From an uncultured Actinomycetes bacterium (GTDB lineage Bacteria > Actinomycetota > UBA4738 > HRBIN12), in the NCBI GenBank assembly GCA_963713185.1, contig CAVQKV010000001.1, positions 227,042 through 291,041 of the forward strand: DNA of 64,000 nucleotides. The letters run 5' to 3'. Of this stretch, positions 1-14,586 are shown piece after piece (within the stretch, counting starts at the first letter, position 1; each line of letters starts with the position of its first letter). The position numbers were made by a program, and so were the translations under genes. The notes under the pieces were generated by a model. That model searched no databases and had not been told where the DNA came from. It saw only the letters and a list, made by a program, of their open reading frames with translations.

Positions 1-733
1 GGGCGAGGTGGCGGATCTCGGTCGCGACCGCGTCCAACGTGGACGCGGTGATGGCGAGGGCGGCCATGAACTCGGCATGCCGGTCGCGCGCGACGATCTG
101 GCTCGAGGCCTCGGCGGCGCGCAGGCCGAGCCCCGCGCAGACCTGCTCCTCGACGCGAGGGTCGACCTGCGCGTAGGTGCCGACGGCCCCGCTGATCGCG
201 CCGACGCTCACGCTCTCTCGCGCGCGCCGCAGCCGCTCGCGGTCGCGGTCGAGCTCGAACGCCCAGAGCGCCACCTTGTGCCCGAAGCTCGTCGGCTCGG
301 CCACGACCCCGTGGGTACGCCCCGCCATCACGACGTCCCGGTTGGCCAGGGCCATCCGTTTCGAGACGGCGAGCAGCCGCTCGAGGCGTTCGAGCACCAG
401 GTCGCAGGCGTCACGGAGCTGGAGGGCGAGGCCGGTGTCCAAGACGTCGGAGGAGGTGAGCCCGAAGTGCACCCACCGGCCGGCGGGGCCGACGGCCTCC
501 GCAACGACCTGAACGAACGCCGCGACGTCGTGTTTGGTGATCCGTTCGACCTCGGCCACCCGTGCGGCGTCGAACGCCGCCTTCTCGCGGATCTCGCGCG
601 CGTCGTCGTCGGGGATCACACCGAGACGGGCCCACGCCTCGGCGACCGAGAGCTCGATCTCGAGCCAGCGTCCGAGCTTCGCGTCCTCGGACCAGACGGC
701 GGTCATCTCCGGGAGGGCGTAGCGCGGGATCAT
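1..733 (-). CDS. purB: adenylosuccinate lyase, N-terminal part (3' end lies beyond the window edge)
   Basis: Absent from the ORF track because it runs off the edge. Reverse translation from the ATG at 733-731 gives MIPRYALPEMTAVWSEDAKLGRWLEIELSVAEAWARLGVIPDDD...GRTHGVVAEPTSFGHK, a typical PurB N-terminus. Confidence 0.85.
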   Translation of the reverse strand, partial: MIPRYALPEMTAVWSEDAKLGRWLEIELSVAEAWARLGVIPDDDAREIREKAAFDAARVAEVERITKHDVAAFVQVVAEAVGPAGRWVHFGLTSSDVLDTGLALQLRDACDLVLERLERLLAVSKRMALANRDVVMAGRTHGVVAEPTSFGHKVALWAFELDRDRERLRRARESVSVGAISGAVGTYAQVDPRVEEQVCAGLGLRAAEASSQIVARDRHAEFMAALAITASTLDAVATEIRHLA

Positions 734-761
734 GGCTCCGGATGGCCAACGGAGCGCGGGC

Positions 762-1231
762 TCACAGCCTGAGCCCCTCCGCAAGGTCGTCCTTGAACCG
801 CCACAGCCGCTTCTGGACGTCGGGATCGGCCACTCCGACGATCTCGGCGGCCAGTACCGCGGCGTTCATCGCCGAGTCGACGCCGACGGTCGCGACCGGC
901 ACGCCGCTCGGCATCTGGGCGGTCACGTACAGGGCCTGCTCGCCGCCCATCTGGTCCGTCGCGATCGGCACGCCGATCACCGGCACGATCGTCCGCGCGG
1001 CCACGGCCGCCGCGAGGTGCCCGGAGATCCCCGTCGTGCACACGAGGGCCTTCAGGCCGCGGTCGAACGCGGTCCGGGCGTACTCGTCGACGAGGTCGGG
1101 GCTCCGCGAGGACGACATCACGCGGATCTCGTGCGGGAGCTCGAGCTTCTCCAAGATCGCGGTCGCCTGCTGCATCAGGGGGAGCTCGGCCGCCGAACCC
1201 ACCAGCACGCCGACCAGCGGTGCCGGATCGG

Positions 1232-1235
<4 letters not shown>
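762..1235 (-). CDS. purE: 5-(carboxyamino)imidazole ribonucleotide mutase
   Basis: 157 aa: VGVLVGSAAELPLMQQA...VMSSSRSPDLVDEY...GISGHLAAAVAARTIVPVIGVP. The ATGA overlaps the purD stop. Confidence 0.9.
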
Positions 1236-2508
<1,273 letters not shown>

Positions 2509-2512
<4 letters not shown>

Positions 2513-3798
2513 CCGCCGCCCGAACCCCCGGCGGTCAGGCTCTGTTCGCGCCCGGGGCCGACCGAGACCACGCCGATCGGGACGCCGACGAGCTCCCGGA
2601 CACGATCGAGGTAGGTTCGGGCGGCCGAGGGCAGCTCGCCGAGCGTGGTCGCCGCCCCGATCTCGTCCTGCCAGCCCTCGAGCTCCTCGTAGACGGGCTC
2701 GGCGCGATGGAACAGGGACTGGTGCGGCGGGAAGTCGTCGAAGGTCTCGCCGTCGGCACGGTAGGCGCTGCAGACCCGGATGGTGTCGAAGCCCGACAGC
2801 ACGTCGAGCTTGGTGACGAACAGCTCGGTGAGCCCGTTCACGCGCGCGGCGTACCGCAGGATCACCGCGTCGAACCACCCGCAACGGCGCTTGCGTCCGG
2901 TCACCGTCCCGAACTCCCGACCGCGCTCACCGAGCCGGTCGCCCTCCGGCCCGTGGTCCTCGGTGGGGAACGGGCCGGCGCCGACGCGGGTCACGTACGC
3001 CTTCGTGATCCCGATCACGCGCTCCACCTCGCGGGGCCCGATCCCGGCCGACGCGAGCGCGTACCCCGTGACCGGGTTCGACGAGGTGACGAACGGATAC
3101 GTCCCCTTGTCGAGATCGAGCATCGTGCCCTGGGCACCCTCGAGCAGGACCTCCTTGCCCCCCCGGAGCGCGTCGTGCAGGAGCCGGGACGTGTCGGTCA
3201 CGTGCGGACGCAGACGTTCGGCGTAGCGCAGGTAGTCCTCGACGATCGTCTCGGCCACGAGCGGCAGACGCCCGTAGATCCGGGTGAGGATCTGGTTCTT
3301 CTCCCGGAGCACGACGTCGAGCTTCTCGCGGAAGATCTTCTCGTCGAACAGGTCCTGGATCCGCAGGCCGATCCGCGCCGCCTTGTCCCCGTACGCCGGC
3401 CCGATCCCGCGCTTGGTCGTGCCGAGCGCGTTCTTGCCAAGGAACCGTTCGGTCACGCGCTCGAGCTCGAGGTGGTAGGGCATGATCATGTGGCAGTTGC
3501 CCGATACCACCAGTCGGGACGGATCGACGCCCACGGCCGCGAGCCCGTCCATCTCGTCCAGGAGCACGCGCGGATCCACGACCACGCCGTCGGCGATGAC
3601 CGACGTGATGTGCGGGTACAAGATCCCCGAGGGGATCAGCTGCAGCTTGAGCGTGTGCCCCTCGGCCAAGATCGTGTGCCCGGCGTTGTTGCCACCCTGG
3701 TACCGGACGACCAGGTCCATCCGGTCGGCCAGGTAGTCCGTCGCCTTACCCTTGCCCTCGTCCCCCCACTGGGTCCCGACGACGACGGAGGCCGGCAT
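2509..3798 (-). CDS. purA: adenylosuccinate synthetase
   Basis: 429 aa: VVVGTQWGDEGKGKATDYL...YQGGNNAGHT... Confidence 0.95.
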
Positions 3799-3843
3799 GA
3801 GGACCGAGTCTATCCGGCCTTCCGCAGGTCCCCGCTCCGATAC

Positions 3844-4053
3844 CTACCGCTCGATGCGGAACGCGATCTGCACGTGCGTGTGGTACTCCGAGATCTTGCC
3901 GTCCTGCACCACGGCGCTCGTCCCGAGGATGTCCATCGACTCTATCCCGCGGATCGTCTTCGACGCCTCCGCGAGTGCCTGATGCGCCGCGTCCCGCCAG
4001 GACTCGGACGACACGCCGACCAGGTCGATCGTCTTGATGACCGCCATCGCCAT
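3844..4053 (-). CDS. dodecin-family flavin-binding protein
   Basis: 69-aa C-terminal part of the track ORF: MAMAVIKTIDLVGVSSESWRDAAHQALAEASKTIRGIESMDILG...HTHVQIAFRIER. Size and pattern match dodecin. Confidence 0.7.
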   Translation of the reverse strand: MAMAVIKTIDLVGVSSESWRDAAHQALAEASKTIRGIESMDILGTSAVVQDGKISEYHTHVQIAFRIER

Positions 4054-4061
4054 ACGCCCCC

Positions 4062-4967
4062 TCACCTTCCGTTGTAGACGTCGATGAACCGCCGATAGTT
4101 GGCGGCGATCTGCTTGGCGGCCTCCTCGCGACCCAGGTTGCCGTCCACGAACCCCTTGAGCGGATCCCACCAGATCGAGCGACCGATCGCGAACCCGATG
4201 TAGCCCAGGACACCCGATCCCATCTGGAGCCAGTGGTCGACCGCGGCGTCGTCGGCCCCCCGGCCGAGCACCACGCACGCGACGCCGTCGCGGCCGTCCC
4301 GGCGCGTGGTCGCCGAGATCGTCTCGCAGTCCTCGCGACGGTCGATGCCCTCGATCTTCCAGATGTCGGGCTCGACGCCGACGAGCTGGAGCTCCTCGAT
4401 CGCCGCCTTCATCAGCTTCGGTCGCTCCTGCGAGTCCCACCGCTGCTCGTCGCCGCCCGCCGCCTCGATCTGTTCGGGCGTGGCCGGGACGAGCAGCTCG
4501 AACAGGAACCGACGTCCGTGCTCGTGCAACCAGTCGCCGAGCCGCTTCAGACGGGCGGCCTGGCGCTCGTTCATCTCCCGGTCGCCCTCGGTGTTGTAGC
4601 GGACCAACACCTTCGAGAAGGTCGGGTCGAACGCCTCGATGTGCGCGCCGAAGTCTTCCCCGTACTGGAAGTCGAACTCCTCCTGCCCGCTCTTCTCCAC
4701 CGGCATCGCCAGCCGGAACCCCGCGGCGATCGCGTCGCGCGCGATGTCGGCTCCGAACTGCTCGTCGACCAGGACGCCGGAGGAGCCGGCCTCGACCCCC
4801 TCGTCGAGCGCGCGCCTCGCCCCCTCGTAGATCACGCGCTTGGCGTCCGAGATCCGGGCCGCCTCCTCCGCGTTCGCCTCACCCGTGACGCCGAAGAACT
4901 TCTTCTGGAACGACCCTCGATGATCGAACGCCAAGATGTACAAGGGCTGGTCGTATCCGAGTGCCAT
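4062..4967 (-). CDS. DUF2090 / IolC-C-terminal-like aldolase-fold protein
   Basis: 301 aa starting MALGYDQPLYILAFDHRGSFQKKFFG, which resembles DUF2090 (2-deoxy-5-keto-gluconate-6-P aldolase-like) proteins. The family assignment is from memory only. Confidence 0.55.
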   Translation of the reverse strand: MALGYDQPLYILAFDHRGSFQKKFFGVTGEANAEEAARISDAKRVIYEGARRALDEGVEAGSSGVLVDEQFGADIARDAIAAGFRLAMPVEKSGQEEFDFQYGEDFGAHIEAFDPTFSKVLVRYNTEGDREMNERQAARLKRLGDWLHEHGRRFLFELLVPATPEQIEAAGGDEQRWDSQERPKLMKAAIEELQLVGVEPDIWKIEGIDRREDCETISATTRRDGRDGVACVVLGRGADDAAVDHWLQMGSGVLGYIGFAIGRSIWWDPLKGFVDGNLGREEAAKQIAANYRRFIDVYNGR

Positions 4968-4989
4968 CTCCCGCTCCCTCCTCTGCCTC

Positions 4990-5643
4990 CTACGGCTGCT
5001 CGAACGGGTTCGTCGGTTCGAGCGTCTCGACCGGCACCGGCGCGGCCGCCTTCTTGAACCGGCCCGCGTGCGACGGCGAGCAGACCACGAACCCGTAGTG
5101 CATCGGCACGGCCATCTTCGGCTGCATCGCCCTCACGAACCCGGCCGCCTCCTGCCAGTCCATCGTGTACGTCCCGCCGATCGGCACCATCGCCACGTCG
5201 GGGTCGAGGCTCTCGAGCTCGGGGAGCGCGTCGGTGTCGCCCGCGTGGTAGAAGCTGCGACCGCCGAACTCGAACACGTAGCCCACCCACCGGTTCTTGC
5301 GCGGGTGCATGTCCAGTCGCTCCTCGGCCGTGTTGTAGGCGGGCACGGTCTGGATCTTCAGGCCGTCGGCCTCCACCGCGAGCCCCGGCTCGACCGCGGT
5401 GACCTCGCCGGACAGCTCGGCCGCCACGTCGTGCGGCGCGATGAGCCTGGTGGTTGGCGTCCGCAGCCGCTCGATCTCGTGCGGCTGGAAGTGGTCGAAA
5501 TGCGCGTGGGTGATCAGGATGACGTCCGCGGGGACGTCGTCCGCGACACCCCAGGGGTCCACGTACACGACGGGACCATCGCCCCGCCACCGGAACGCCG
5601 CCTGCCGGAACCACGTGACCCCCTCGAGCGCCGCAGCTCCCAT
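4990..5643 (-). CDS. MBL-fold metallo-hydrolase
   Basis: 217 aa with the HxHxDH motif (ILITHAHFDHF). Confidence 0.75.
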   Translation of the reverse strand: MGAAALEGVTWFRQAAFRWRGDGPVVYVDPWGVADDVPADVILITHAHFDHFQPHEIERLRTPTTRLIAPHDVAAELSGEVTAVEPGLAVEADGLKIQTVPAYNTAEERLDMHPRKNRWVGYVFEFGGRSFYHAGDTDALPELESLDPDVAMVPIGGTYTMDWQEAAGFVRAMQPKMAVPMHYGFVVCSPSHAGRFKKAAAPVPVETLEPTNPFEQP

Positions 5644-5692
5644 CGTTGGCCTCCTCCGCTCGGGTCCCTCGGAAGTAGTCTTTCAAATCGTC

Positions 5693-7000
5693 GTGGTGGC
5701 GCGCGAGCCGGTCGAGACGCGAGGGGGCCTGCGGGCCTCGGTCTCGCTCCTGCGGCGCAACCGGAACTTCCGGCGCCTGTATCTCGCATCCGTCATCTCG
5801 CTCGGGGGCGACTGGTTCCTGCTGATCGCGCTGTTCGGGCTGATGCTCGACCTCACGGGGCAGGCGCTCGCCGTCGCGTTCACGATCGCCGCGCAGGACC
5901 TCACCTACTTCCTCGCGTCCCCGTTCGCCGGCGTGCTCGCCGATCGTCTCGACCGGCGCAGGCTGATGATCGCCTGCGACCTCGCTCGGGCCGTGCTCGT
6001 CCTCGGGTTCCTCCTCGTGCGGACCGCGGACCTCGCCTGGCTCGTGTACGTGCTGCTGGCGGCCACCGCCGTCTTCGCCGCGGCGTTCGAGCCCGCCTCC
6101 GCGGCGGCCCTGCCGAACCTGGTGGACGATCGCGACCTCTCGGTGGCGAACGCCCTCTCGGGGTCGCTGTGGGGGACGATGCTGGCGGTCGGCGGCGCGC
6201 TCGGCGGGGTCGTGGCGGGGTTGTTCGGCCGCGACACGGCGATCGTGGTCGATTCGGCCTCGTTCCTGCTCTCGGCGATGCTGATCTTCCGGGTCCGGGC
6301 ATCCTTCGCCGAGGCGCGCGCGCCGTCCGAGCATCCGAGCCTGCGCACGGACACGGTCGAGACCGTCCGCTACGCGCGCATGGACCACCGGGTGCTCGCT
6401 CTGCTCGCCGTGAAGTTCGGCTGGGGGATCGCCGGCGGGGTGCTCGTGCTCCTGCCGCTGCTCGCGTTCGGCGACTTCCATCCCGGCGAGGGGGGCTCCG
6501 GCGAGATCGGCCTCGGCATGTTGATGGCGGCACGCGGTGTCGGAGCCTTGATCGGACCGTTCATCGGACGAGCGCTCGCCGGACCGGACGACCGGCGGCT
6601 GTTCGGGGCGATCGGAGGCGCGCTCGCCACGTTCGGCGTGGGCTACGCCCTCCTCGGTCTGGCCCCCGGGCTCGTGCTGGCGATGGGGGCCGTCCTCCTC
6701 GCCCACGTCGGCGGCGGGGCGCAGTGGACCCTGTCCTCCTACGGGCTCCAGCGGGTCGTGCCCGACCGCATCCGCGGGCGTATCTTCGCGGTCGACGGCA
6801 TGCTCGTGACGCTCACCTTCGGCACGTCCAGCATCCTCACCGGCGTGCTGGCCGACGTGTTCGGGGCCGGTCCGACGGCCGTCGCGATGGGGACGGTCGC
6901 CCTCGTCTGGGCGCTCACGTGGACGTGGCTGACCGGCGACGTTCGGCGGGCGACCATGCTGCAGGGATGCGGTCCCGCACCCGAGCTCGAGCTTGCCTGA
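5693..7000 (+). CDS. MFS transporter
   Basis: Multi-TM protein with an MFS-like loop (FAGVLADRLDRRRLMIACD). A GTG start at 5693 was chosen just after the divergent MBL gene; the upstream part of the track ORF overlaps that gene. Confidence 0.75.
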   Translation: MVAREPVETRGGLRASVSLLRRNRNFRRLYLASVISLGGDWFLLIALFGLMLDLTGQALAVAFTIAAQDLTYFLASPFAGVLADRLDRRRLMIACDLARAVLVLGFLLVRTADLAWLVYVLLAATAVFAAAFEPASAAALPNLVDDRDLSVANALSGSLWGTMLAVGGALGGVVAGLFGRDTAIVVDSASFLLSAMLIFRVRASFAEARAPSEHPSLRTDTVETVRYARMDHRVLALLAVKFGWGIAGGVLVLLPLLAFGDFHPGEGGSGEIGLGMLMAARGVGALIGPFIGRALAGPDDRRLFGAIGGALATFGVGYALLGLAPGLVLAMGAVLLAHVGGGAQWTLSSYGLQRVVPDRIRGRIFAVDGMLVTLTFGTSSILTGVLADVFGAGPTAVAMGTVALVWALTWTWLTGDVRRATMLQGCGPAPELELA

Positions 7001-7015
7001 GCTCGACGCCCCCGG

Positions 7016-7696
7016 CTACGCGTCGGGCGTCCCCGGGGGTGGCGGGGGCGTGCCGGAGGCTCCGGAGGCCGGGGCCGGCGGCGGTGCGGCCGGCGGGACC
7101 TCCGGGCCGCCGAAGGTCACGGCCGCCCCCTCGCCGAAGGCCACCTGCGGCGCACCCGCCTCGCGCAGCGCGTCCTCGACCTCGAAGAACTCCTCTTCCT
7201 GGAAGTGGAACGTGGACGCGATGATCACCGCCGGGAACTGCTTCACCCGCTGGTTGTAGTCGCGCACGTTCGCGTTGTAGAAGCGACGCGCGGTCTGGAG
7301 CCGATCCTCGGTGTTCGCCAACTCCTGCTGGAGGGCGAGGAAGTTCTGGTTTGCCTTCAGGTCGGGGTAGTTCTCGACCACCGCGAACAGCTGTCGGAGG
7401 GCGGCCACCAACGGCCCCTCGGCGGCGGCCTGGGAGGCCGGCGAACCGGTGGCCGACGCCGCCGCGGCCCGCGCCCTGGTCACGTTCTCGAACACCGTCC
7501 GCTCGTGCGAGGCGTAGCCGCGGACCGTCTCGACGAGGTTGGGGATCAGGTCGTACCGCCGGCGCAGCTCGGTGTCGATGTTCGCCCACGCGTCCTTGAT
7601 CAGCTGGCGCTGCGAGACGAAGCGGTTGTACGACACGACGCCGAAGATCGCGACCAGCACGATGATCCCGCCGACGATCGCCAGGGTCCAGCCCAC
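7016..7696 (-). CDS. LemA family membrane protein with a Pro/Ala-rich tail
   Basis: N-terminal TM helix followed by YNRFVSQRQLIKDAWANIDTELRRRYDLIPNLVETV...NYPDLKANQNFLALQQEL. Confidence 0.85.
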   Translation of the reverse strand: MGWTLAIVGGIIVLVAIFGVVSYNRFVSQRQLIKDAWANIDTELRRRYDLIPNLVETVRGYASHERTVFENVTRARAAAASATGSPASQAAAEGPLVAALRQLFAVVENYPDLKANQNFLALQQELANTEDRLQTARRFYNANVRDYNQRVKQFPAVIIASTFHFQEEEFFEVEDALREAGAPQVAFGEGAAVTFGGPEVPPAAPPPAPASGASGTPPPPPGTPDA

Positions 7697-7769
7697 GGCA
7701 GTTCCTTTCTGAAGAGGTCGCCGCGAAGCCTAGCCCCTCGCGCGCACGGCGACGACCCGAGGCGGTCGT

Positions 7770-7958
7770 CTACGACGTCGGTGGCTGCGCTCGTCCCCCG
7801 AGCGCGATCGCGACGCCGAGGGTGATGAGCAGCACGGGCCCCAGGACGCGGAGCGACACATCCCACACCCCGAGACGCTCGAGCAGGAAGACGACGCCGG
7901 CGGCGATGAAGAACACGCCCGCCACCAGGGCGGAGCGGTTGAGCCCGGGATCAGCCAT
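7770..7958 (-). CDS. small two-TM membrane protein
   Basis: 62 aa and hydrophobic. It overlaps the stop of the upstream LiaF-like gene by 8 nt. Confidence 0.4.
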   Translation of the reverse strand: MADPGLNRSALVAGVFFIAAGVVFLLERLGVWDVSLRVLGPVLLITLGVAIALGGRAQPPTS

Positions 7959-8583
7959 GGTCGACGCGCACCTCCCCGATGCCGACCGTCGCCTCGAGCC
8001 GGATCACCGGCGCGCCGGCCGGGGCCGGGGCGGAGAGCTCCGCGCCGATGCCGCCCTCCTCCTGCCCGTAGACCCGCACGCTGCCGAGGCCCGAACGCGC
8101 GCTCACCTGGACCGGCGCGCCCTGCGGCACGATCACCACCAGCTGTCCGATCCCGACCCTGGCCCGAACGTCGACGGCGGCGCCGAACGCACCGAAGTCG
8201 AGTTCGGTCAGGTCGAGCGTGAGCTTGCCGATGCCGCGCTCGTAGTCGCTCTCGATCCGGTCCCCGGTCGGACGGGCCGTGTGATCGCCCACGCCACCTC
8301 CGAGTGGGATGTCGATCGCGGTCCCGAACACGAGGAGGATCGTGAGGACGATCCCGGCGACGAGGAGGCCGACCTGTCCGGCGCCCGATCGGGCCGAGGT
8401 GACGAGCATGATCCCGATGCCGACCAACACCGCCGGGAAGACCACGTCCCAGGGCACGTCGACACCCAGCGCCTCGAGCAGCCACCCCAGGCCGAACAGG
8501 GCGATGACCACCCCGAGCACCAGACGTCCCGTCCATCGGTCCATGGGCGCCGCGGGCGGGGGCGGGGGCACGGGTGTGTTCAT
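7951..8583 (-). CDS. LiaF-like (DUF2154-type) envelope-stress membrane protein
   Basis: Internal start MNTPVPPPP (ATG 8583), an ATGA overlap with the pspC-domain gene, N-terminal TM helices and a C-terminal beta-rich domain (VRARVGIGQLVVIVPQGAPVQVSARSGLGSVRV). Confidence 0.6.
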   Translation of the reverse strand: MNTPVPPPPPAAPMDRWTGRLVLGVVIALFGLGWLLEALGVDVPWDVVFPAVLVGIGIMLVTSARSGAGQVGLLVAGIVLTILLVFGTAIDIPLGGGVGDHTARPTGDRIESDYERGIGKLTLDLTELDFGAFGAAVDVRARVGIGQLVVIVPQGAPVQVSARSGLGSVRVYGQEEGGIGAELSAPAPAGAPVIRLEATVGIGEVRVDHG

Positions 8584-8987
8584 CGACGCGACGAGGAGGC
8601 CTGGATCACGACCGCCACGCCGACCGCGATCAGCGCGAGCGGCCAGAAGTACTTGCCGAGCGCGGGGATGGACAGGTTGAGCAGCAGGATCGTCCCGATG
8701 GCGATCAGCGCGCCGCCCACGATCAACCGTGTCGTGTCGGCGCCCTCCGGCCTCGCCGAGCCGAGATCCTCGCCGTCCCGTTCGACAGGGATCAGCACCC
8801 ACGCGACGACGTAGATCAAGAACCCGCCGCCGCCTGCGATCGCGAGGATGACCAGCGCGATCCGAAGCAGGACGGGGTCGACACCGAGGTACCGGCCGAG
8901 ACCGCCGCAGACCCCGCCGATCACCCGGTCGTCCCGGCTGCGGCGTAACAGACGGGGCCGATCTCCGTTCGAGGCCGGAACGCTCAC
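8580..8987 (-). CDS. PspC domain-containing membrane protein
   Basis: RSRDDRVIGGVCGGLGRYLGVDPVLLRIALVILAI. Confidence 0.8.
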   Translation of the reverse strand: MSVPASNGDRPRLLRRSRDDRVIGGVCGGLGRYLGVDPVLLRIALVILAIAGGGGFLIYVVAWVLIPVERDGEDLGSARPEGADTTRLIVGGALIAIGTILLLNLSIPALGKYFWPLALIAVGVAVVIQASSSRR

Positions 8988-8996
8988 GGGCCCACG

Positions 8997-9794
8997 CTAC
9001 GACGCTCGGTCCGGCTCCCCCAACCCGCTCACGTCCGACGACGCATCGTCACGATGCGCAACGGGAGCGGCCGGCATCGCGATCGGGCCCGTCGCCGCCG
9101 GCCCGGGTCTCGCGGCTCGCAGGAGTTCCGCGAGGCACGCATGTCGCTCGAGCGGTTCCTCGATCCCTGCGGATGGCGGGCCGTACACGATCGCGATGGA
9201 CCCACTGACCTCGAAGCCCCACGGGTCCTCGAGGTCCTCGAGCCACTTCCGCATCGAGCCTTCGACCAGGATCCGCGCCAGCGCGGGGTCGTCGCACCGC
9301 ACGACGTAGCCGGGATCGGCTCCCGTCGCCCGGACGTCGACCTGCTCGAACGGCGACCCCGAGAGCAGCCTGCTCAGGGCCTCGGATTCGACCACCAGCG
9401 GGAGCGGGGTCGGGTCCACGGGAGCGATCGCGCACGCGAACCGGGTTCGCTCGCCTCCCGCACCCGTCGAGCACGCGAGGTCGAAACGCTTCACTTCCTG
9501 CCCGTGCCAGATCCCCCACCGGAGATCCTCGATCGAGGCCTGCTCGCACCGCCCGAACAGCGAGAACGGGTACGCGACCAGGCCGAAGGGATCCCGCGCC
9601 TCGCGCTTCAGGCCCAGCGCGTCGTTGCGGAACTCGGCCCGCTCGTTCTTCACCCGTCGTTTCAGCCTGAGGTTCACGACCGTGATGCCGCCAACGAAGA
9701 AGAGCAGCGCGATCGGCGACGGCAGGATCTTGAGGAACAGTGCCGCCGCGATCGCGAGCGCGAAGACCGCTACGACCCTCAGCCACGGGTTCAT
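8997..9794 (-). CDS. hypothetical membrane-anchored protein
   Basis: Start MNPWLRVVAVFALAIAAALFL (ATG 9794). Two N-terminal TM helices; no recognisable domain. Confidence 0.5.
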   Translation of the reverse strand: MNPWLRVVAVFALAIAAALFLKILPSPIALLFFVGGITVVNLRLKRRVKNERAEFRNDALGLKREARDPFGLVAYPFSLFGRCEQASIEDLRWGIWHGQEVKRFDLACSTGAGGERTRFACAIAPVDPTPLPLVVESEALSRLLSGSPFEQVDVRATGADPGYVVRCDDPALARILVEGSMRKWLEDLEDPWGFEVSGSIAIVYGPPSAGIEEPLERHACLAELLRAARPGPAATGPIAMPAAPVAHRDDASSDVSGLGEPDRAS

Positions 9795-9867
9795 GGGGCC
9801 AGTATCGGAATCTCGGTGTTCGGAACTGAGGCCAAGGCGGGCGGTCCGTTCCCCGGTGAGGCAGGGA

Positions 9868-12455
<2,588 letters not shown>

Positions 12456-12474
<19 letters not shown>

Positions 12475-13028
12475 ACGTTCCTCACCGCGTGCTCCCAGTC
12501 CGGTCGGGTCATCCCGTACATCGCGTAGTCCCGGGGCGTTCCGGTCGGATCCGGCATGAAGCCTCGCAGGACCCCTTCGAAGACGAACCCGAGCACCTCC
12601 AGGACCCGGCGCATCGCCCCGTTCTCGACGTCGGTCGTCGCCTGGATCCTGATCGCGTCCTCGCGGCCGAACAGGTACGACGACAGGAGCGCGACCGTCT
12701 CCCGCCCGATGCCGTGACCGCGATCGGCCCGGTCCCAGAGCTCGATCCCGAGCTCCCACACCCCGCGGGGGAACGCGAACCGCGGGCATCGGCCCTGGAC
12801 GTCGCCCACGAGGTGCCCCTCGGACTCGATCGCGAACATGACCTCCCAGCCGTTCAGCTCGCCCGAGCGCTCGATGCGCTCGCGCCGCTCACGCACGGCG
12901 GCCTCGTCGAGCTCGGCGGCCGGGATCGACTGAATCCGGTCGAGAGCGAGGGCCACCTCGTCGGGCCGGAACCCTCGCAGGAGCACCCGATCACCTCGGA
13001 GCTCGGTCACCGGGCGGCGTCCTCCCAC
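12456..13028 (-). CDS. GNAT family N-acetyltransferase (RimJ/RimL-like)
   Basis: 190 aa: LRGFRPDE...[18 protein letters not shown]...[15 protein letters not shown]. It overlaps the hspR stop and the clpB start. Confidence 0.75.
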
Positions 13029-13438
13029 AGGAACGACCGCACGCTGCGGAGCGGGACGATCTCGGCGCCGGACCGGCGCCTCCTCACCTGGTCGAGCAGC
13101 TCGCGTTCGAGCTCCTCCGTGCGCCGCTGCATCCGAGCCAGTTGTTCGCGCATCTCGATGAACAGCTTCACACCCGCCAGGCTGATGCCCTCTCGCTGGG
13201 TCAGCTCCTGGATCATCTGGATGCGCGCGATGTCACGCTCGGAGTAGCGGCGAGTGTTGCCCGACGTCCGTTTCGGCGCGAGGAGCCCCCGGCGCTCGTA
13301 CATCCGCAGCGTCTGCGGGTGCACGCCCGACAGCTCGGCCGCCACGCTGATGATGTAAACGGCCCGCTCCTCTCCACGCTCCCGCCGCTCCGAACTCCGA
13401 TCCGGTGTCTCGCTCACGACGCCTGCCTCCTCATGCAT
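13007..13438 (-). CDS. hspR: MerR-family heat-shock repressor HspR
   Basis: [43 protein letters not shown], located downstream of dnaJ. Confidence 0.9.
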   Translation of the reverse strand: MHEEAGVVSETPDRSSERRERGEERAVYIISVAAELSGVHPQTLRMYERRGLLAPKRTSGNTRRYSERDIARIQMIQELTQREGISLAGVKLFIEMREQLARMQRRTEELERELLDQVRRRRSGAEIVPLRSVRSFLWEDAAR

Positions 13439-14570
13439 CCACGCCGAGACGCCGGCGTGGCGACTCCTTCTCGGTCTGCTGGAGCTGCCTCAGCAGCTCC
13501 TTCTCCGGCTTCGACAGCTTGCGCGGCACCTCGATGCGGGTCGTGACGAGGAGGTCCCCGTGGCCGCCGCGCTTCGGCGCCCCCTTGCCCTTCAGGCGGA
13601 AGGTCTTGCCGTTCGGGGTCCCCGCCGGCACCTTCATCGTGACCGGCCCGTTCAGCGTCGGGACGCGTACCTCGGCACCGAGGGCCGCCTCCGCGTACGT
13701 GACGGGCAGCTCGAGCGTCAGGTCGTGCCCCGAACGCCCGAAGAAGGCGTGCGGCTGCACGCGGACCTGCACGTACAGGTCCCCCGGCTGAGCGCCGGCC
13801 GGACCGGGTTCGCCCCGGCCCGCGAGCCTGATCCTGGCCCCATCCCTCACGCCGGCCGGGATCCTCACCTGGAAGCTGCGTGTCCTGCGACGGCTCCCGG
13901 TCCCCCCGCACGTCGGACACGGCGTCTGGACGATGCGCCCGGACCCGCGGCAGACGGGGCAGGTCTGACTCATCTGGAACAAACCCTGGTTCACGGCGAC
14001 GGCGCCCGACCCCCCGCATCGCGAACAGGTCGCGGGGCTCGTCCCGGGGGCGGCACCGCTGCCGTGGCAGGTCTCGCACGGTGCGGGGCCCGCGATCCGG
14101 ACCGGCATCGTGGTCCCCTTCATCGCGTGGTCGAACGCGACCGTCACGGTCGTCTCGAGATCGGCGCCTCGGGCCGCGCGCGCGCCGGCACCCCGCCCGC
14201 CCCCACCGAACAGCCCGCCGAACAGGCCCCCGAGATCGCCGAGGTCCTCGAACCGGACCCCGCCGGGGAACCCGCCCGGGGACCCGCCGGCACCGCCGGG
14301 GAAGCCGCCCGCCCCGTACCCGGATGCGGCCATATCGCGCACCTGGTCGTACTGCTTGCGCTTGTCCTCGTCGCCCAGGACGTCGTACGCGGCCGAGATC
14401 TCCTTGAATCGATCCTCGGCCTGCGTGTTCCCCGGGTTGGCGTCGGGATGGTGCTGTTGGGCGAGCTTGCGGTAGGCCTTCTTGATCTCGGCCGCGGTGG
14501 CGTTCTTCGGGACGCCGAGGACCTGGTAGTAGTCCTTCTCGAACCACTCACGACGGACGTCGCCGTTCAC
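13431..14570 (-). CDS. dnaJ: molecular chaperone DnaJ
   Basis: J domain with HPD ([15 protein letters not shown]), a G-rich linker and four CxxCxGxG zinc motifs. Confidence 0.95.
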   Translation of the reverse strand: MNGDVRREWFEKDYYQVLGVPKNATAAEIKKAYRKLAQQHHPDANPGNTQAEDRFKEISAAYDVLGDEDKRKQYDQVRDMAASGYGAGGFPGGAGGSPGGFPGGVRFEDLGDLGGLFGGLFGGGGRGAGARAARGADLETTVTVAFDHAMKGTTMPVRIAGPAPCETCHGSGAAPGTSPATCSRCGGSGAVAVNQGLFQMSQTCPVCRGSGRIVQTPCPTCGGTGSRRRTRSFQVRIPAGVRDGARIRLAGRGEPGPAGAQPGDLYVQVRVQPHAFFGRSGHDLTLELPVTYAEAALGAEVRVPTLNGPVTMKVPAGTPNGKTFRLKGKGAPKRGGHGDLLVTTRIEVPRKLSKPEKELLRQLQQTEKESPRRRLGVDA

Positions 14571-14586
14571 GGCCGCCCCCCTCGCC

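Noticed and set aside
8-772. 254-aa plus-strand ORF at the left edge.
   Set aside because: It is antisense to a clear purB N-terminus (MIPRYALPEMTAVW...) that the track missed because it runs off the window.
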